Source: an uncultured Muribaculaceae bacterium (lineage in GTDB: Bacteria; Bacillota_I; Bacilli_A; RF39; UBA660). Taken from it: a stretch of DNA of 64,000 nt. This document shows positions 60,613 to 64,000 of this stretch, piece after piece; position 1 is the stretch's first letter, and every line of letters starts with the position of its first letter. The notes under the pieces were generated by a model. It was not told where the DNA came from, did not search any database, and was given only the letters and a program-made list of their open reading frames with translations. The translations under genes were made by a program, and so were the position numbers. Location of the stretch: contig CAZSRL010000002.1 of assembly GCA_964609615.1 (NCBI GenBank), forward strand, positions 7,933 through 71,932. Reading direction: 5' to 3'.

Positions 60613-60652
60613 TTAATATAAAATTATTTCCCGGGAAATAATTTTATATTAA
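60613..60652. repeat. 40-bp perfect palindrome centred on TTTCCCGGGAAA (intergenic copy 2)
   Basis: TTAATATAAAATTATTTCCCGGGAAATAATTTTATATTAA reads identically on both strands. Confidence 0.85.
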
Positions 60653-60656
60653 AAAA

Positions 60657-60674
60657 ATGTTCCACGTGGAACAT
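60657..60674. promoter_or_regulatory. parS: parS-type site 5, doubling as gyrA terminator hairpin
   Basis: Identical 18-mer 19 nt downstream of gyrA stop, followed by T7 on the transcribed strand. Confidence 0.75.
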
Positions 60675-60692
60675 TTTTAAAATTTATAGTTC

Positions 60693-63140
60693 TTAAATAT
60701 CATTTTCCATTTCTTCTTCTTTTTCTACAACAGAAATCGATGATACTTTTGTATTTGATTTTAAATTAATTAACTTAACTCCCTGAGTCACACGCCCCAT
60801 TGAAGAAACAGATTCCATAGAAATTCTAATTATCATTCCATTGTCTGTGATGATCATTAAATCCATATCATCTGATACAGACTTAAATCCTTTTATTTTC
60901 CCGTTTTTTTCAGTTACTTGTAACGCTTTAACACCTTTGCTACCTCTTTTAGTTTCCCTATATTCTGTAACATCAGTTTTTTTACCGTAACCATTTTCTG
61001 TAATAACTAGAATTTTTCTATTTGTATCGCTTACCTCTACTCCTATACATATATCATCTGTTAAGTTTATTCCTCTAACTCCTGTAGCGTTTCTTCCCAT
61101 TGTTCTTACTTCGCTTTCGCTAAACCTTGCCATTCTTCCGTTTGTAGAACACAATAATATTTGATCATTTTCTTTTACTTTCTTTACTGAAATCAATTCA
61201 TCATTTTCTTTTAAAGTTATTGCTATTTTACCGCTTTGTCTTATTCTATCAAAATCATCTAAGCTTGTCTTTTTAACAACGCCATTCTTTGTAGCAAATA
61301 TTAAATATTTACAATCATTTTCCCTTTCAACTGTTAAAATTGTATTTATTTTTTCGTCTTTCTCTATTTGCAATAAATTAACAATTGGCAAACCTTTTGC
61401 TGTTCTTGAAAATTCTGGTATTTCATAACCTTTTAATCTATATACTTTTCCTTTATTTGAGAAAAACAATATATAATCATGTGTTGTTAATGAAATTAAT
61501 TGTTTAACAAAGTCTTCTTCGTTTGTCGTTATTCCTTTGATTCCAATACCGCCTCTATGTTGAGTTTTATAAGTATCCGATGTAATTCTTTTAATATAAT
61601 TTTTATTTGTAATAGTAATTACAATTTCTTCTTCAGGAATTAGTGATTCATCTTCTATATTTTCAATACTTGTTAAATCTATTTTAGTTCTTCTTTCATC
61701 ACCATATTTTTCTTTAATTTCATTTAATTCCTGTATAATTATTTCTTCCACTTTTTTATCAGAAGATAATATTTCGTTCAGTTTATTAATTAATTGAAGT
61801 ATTTCTTTTGCTTCTTCATCTATTTTTTCTCTTTCTAAACCTGTTAATCTTCTTAATTTCATTTCCAAAATCGCTTCAGTTTGTAATTCAGTAAAATCAA
61901 ACTTTTGAATTAGTTTTTCTTTAGCTTCTAAATCTTTTTTTGCTTCCTTTATTATTTTAATTACTTCATCTATATTGTCTAAAGCTTTTATATAACCATC
62001 TAATATGTGTTTTCTTTTCACAGCTTTATCTAGGTCAAATTTACTTCTTCTAATGATTATTTCTTTTTGAAAGTTAATATAGTGTTCAATTATTTCTTTT
62101 AAACCTAAAGTTTTTGGTTGACCATCAACTAAAGCCAACATATTTATACCAAACGATGATTGAAGCGCAGTATGTTTAAATAAATTATTAAGTATAACAT
62201 TTGCATTTGCGTCTCTTCTTATTTCAATTAATATTCTAATTCCTGTTTTAAGGTTAGTTTCATCAACTAAGTTTGTTATTCCATCAATAACTTTATCTCT
62301 AACTAATTCAGCAATTTTTTTTATTAAAACCGCTTTATTTACTTGATAAGGCAATTCTGTTACAACGATTGTATGTTTTCCATTTGATGATTCTTCTATA
62401 TTAGCGTTTGCTCTTAGTTGAATTATTCCTTTTCCTGTTTCATATGCTTTTCTAATTCCTGAATTTCCTAGAATTAAAGCTCCTGTTGGAAAATCAGGTG
62501 CTTTTATATATTCCATTAATCCTTCAGTTGTTATTTCATGATCATTAATATATGCTACGCAACCATCTATTACTTCTCCCAAATTATGAGGAGGAATATT
62601 TGTTGCCATTCCAACTGCTATTCCTGATGTTCCATTAACTAAAATATTTGGAAATCTTGAAGGTAATACTTCCGGTTCCGTTTCTTCTCCATCAAAATTG
62701 GGAATAAAATTCACTGTATCTTTATTTAAATCTTTTACCATTTCAGTAGATATTTTGCTCATTCTTGCTTCTGTATAACGTGAAGCAGCGGCACCATCTC
62801 CATCTATTGAGCCGAAATTTCCGTGTCCTTCTACAAGTGTATACCTATAATTAAAATCTTGTGCCATTCTTACCATAGCATCATATATAGAAGAATCTCC
62901 ATGAGGGTGATATTTACCCATTACCTCTCCTACAATTCTTGCAGATTTTTTAAATTGACTACTAGGGGTTATTCCTAGCGAATTCATACCATAAATTATT
63001 CTTCTATGAATTGGTTTAAGACCATCTCTAACATCAGGTAAAGCTCTCGCCACAATAACACTCATTGAATAATCTATAAAAGATGTTTTCATTTCATTAT
63101 AAATATCTATATTAGTTATTTTATCATTTTCTTCATTCAT
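60693..63140 (-). CDS. gyrA: DNA gyrase subunit A
   Basis: Active-site AARYTEARM; [13 protein letters not shown]; six C-terminal beta-pinwheel repeats. Confidence 0.97.
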   Translation of the reverse strand: MNEENDKITNIDIYNEMKTSFIDYSMSVIVARALPDVRDGLKPIHRRIIYGMNSLGITPSSQFKKSARIVGEVMGKYHPHGDSSIYDAMVRMAQDFNYRYTLVEGHGNFGSIDGDGAAASRYTEARMSKISTEMVKDLNKDTVNFIPNFDGEETEPEVLPSRFPNILVNGTSGIAVGMATNIPPHNLGEVIDGCVAYINDHEITTEGLMEYIKAPDFPTGALILGNSGIRKAYETGKGIIQLRANANIEESSNGKHTIVVTELPYQVNKAVLIKKIAELVRDKVIDGITNLVDETNLKTGIRILIEIRRDANANVILNNLFKHTALQSSFGINMLALVDGQPKTLGLKEIIEHYINFQKEIIIRRSKFDLDKAVKRKHILDGYIKALDNIDEVIKIIKEAKKDLEAKEKLIQKFDFTELQTEAILEMKLRRLTGLEREKIDEEAKEILQLINKLNEILSSDKKVEEIIIQELNEIKEKYGDERRTKIDLTSIENIEDESLIPEEEIVITITNKNYIKRITSDTYKTQHRGGIGIKGITTNEEDFVKQLISLTTHDYILFFSNKGKVYRLKGYEIPEFSRTAKGLPIVNLLQIEKDEKINTILTVERENDCKYLIFATKNGVVKKTSLDDFDRIRQSGKIAITLKENDELISVKKVKENDQILLCSTNGRMARFSESEVRTMGRNATGVRGINLTDDICIGVEVSDTNRKILVITENGYGKKTDVTEYRETKRGSKGVKALQVTEKNGKIKGFKSVSDDMDLMIITDNGMIIRISMESVSSMGRVTQGVKLINLKSNTKVSSISVVEKEEEMENDI

Positions 63141-63152
63141 TCTAACACCTCC

Positions 63153-64000
<848 letters not shown>

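Noticed and set aside
60138-60674. Interpreting the TGTTCCACG palindromes as DnaA boxes or an oriC-type DUE cluster
   Set aside because: The half-site differs from TTATCCACA at key positions, no dnaA gene is adjacent, and the full 16-mer matches the parS consensus far better

Overview
Very AT-rich (roughly 25% GC) origin-proximal chromosomal segment of a spore-forming, low-GC Firmicute (Clostridia-like). About 95% of genes lie on the minus strand, co-oriented with replication away from an oriC that should lie beyond the right edge (partial gyrB, then gyrA, at 60.7-64 kb). The window is a compacted, reshuffled version of the Bacillus origin neighbourhood: tadA-dnaX-ybaB-recR-bofA-like-holB-ricT-rsmI-pth-mfd, then spoVT, tatD-3D protein-rsmA-yabG-veg-spoVG, yabP-yabQ-divIC, tilS-ftsH, parA-parB, ychF, rpsF-ssb-rpsR, rplI-dnaB, walJ-like-rlmH, ung, pduL-like, ecfA1-ecfA2-ecfT-truA, rplM-rpsI and htrA. 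It also holds tRNA-Asn, tRNA-Trp, an IS200-type insertion, cell-wall/sporulation hydrolases and several transporters. The most interesting points are: (i) five perfect 18-bp parS-type palindromes (ATGTTCCACGTGGAACAT) clustered in the 726-bp gyrA-tadA intergenic region, with a probable short SRP RNA beside them; (ii) a 20-bp GC-cored palindrome (TTATTTCCCGGGAAATAATT) present four times, twice inside conserved genes using rare codons; (iii) an Abi2/HEPN abortive-infection gene directly upstream of htrA; (iv) an ECF-transporter ATPase pair in which one subunit has lost Walker A and the catalytic Glu; (v) a homopolymer frameshift in yabG and an in-frame TGA in grpB; (vi) an orphan HgdC-like activase cluster beside tRNA-Asn and IS200; (vii) a holin-like ORF plus signal-less PG-binding M15 peptidase; (viii) a two-gene lipoprotein/membrane insertion between truA and rplM. 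Coordinates for features I placed by hand may be off by 1-2 nt.
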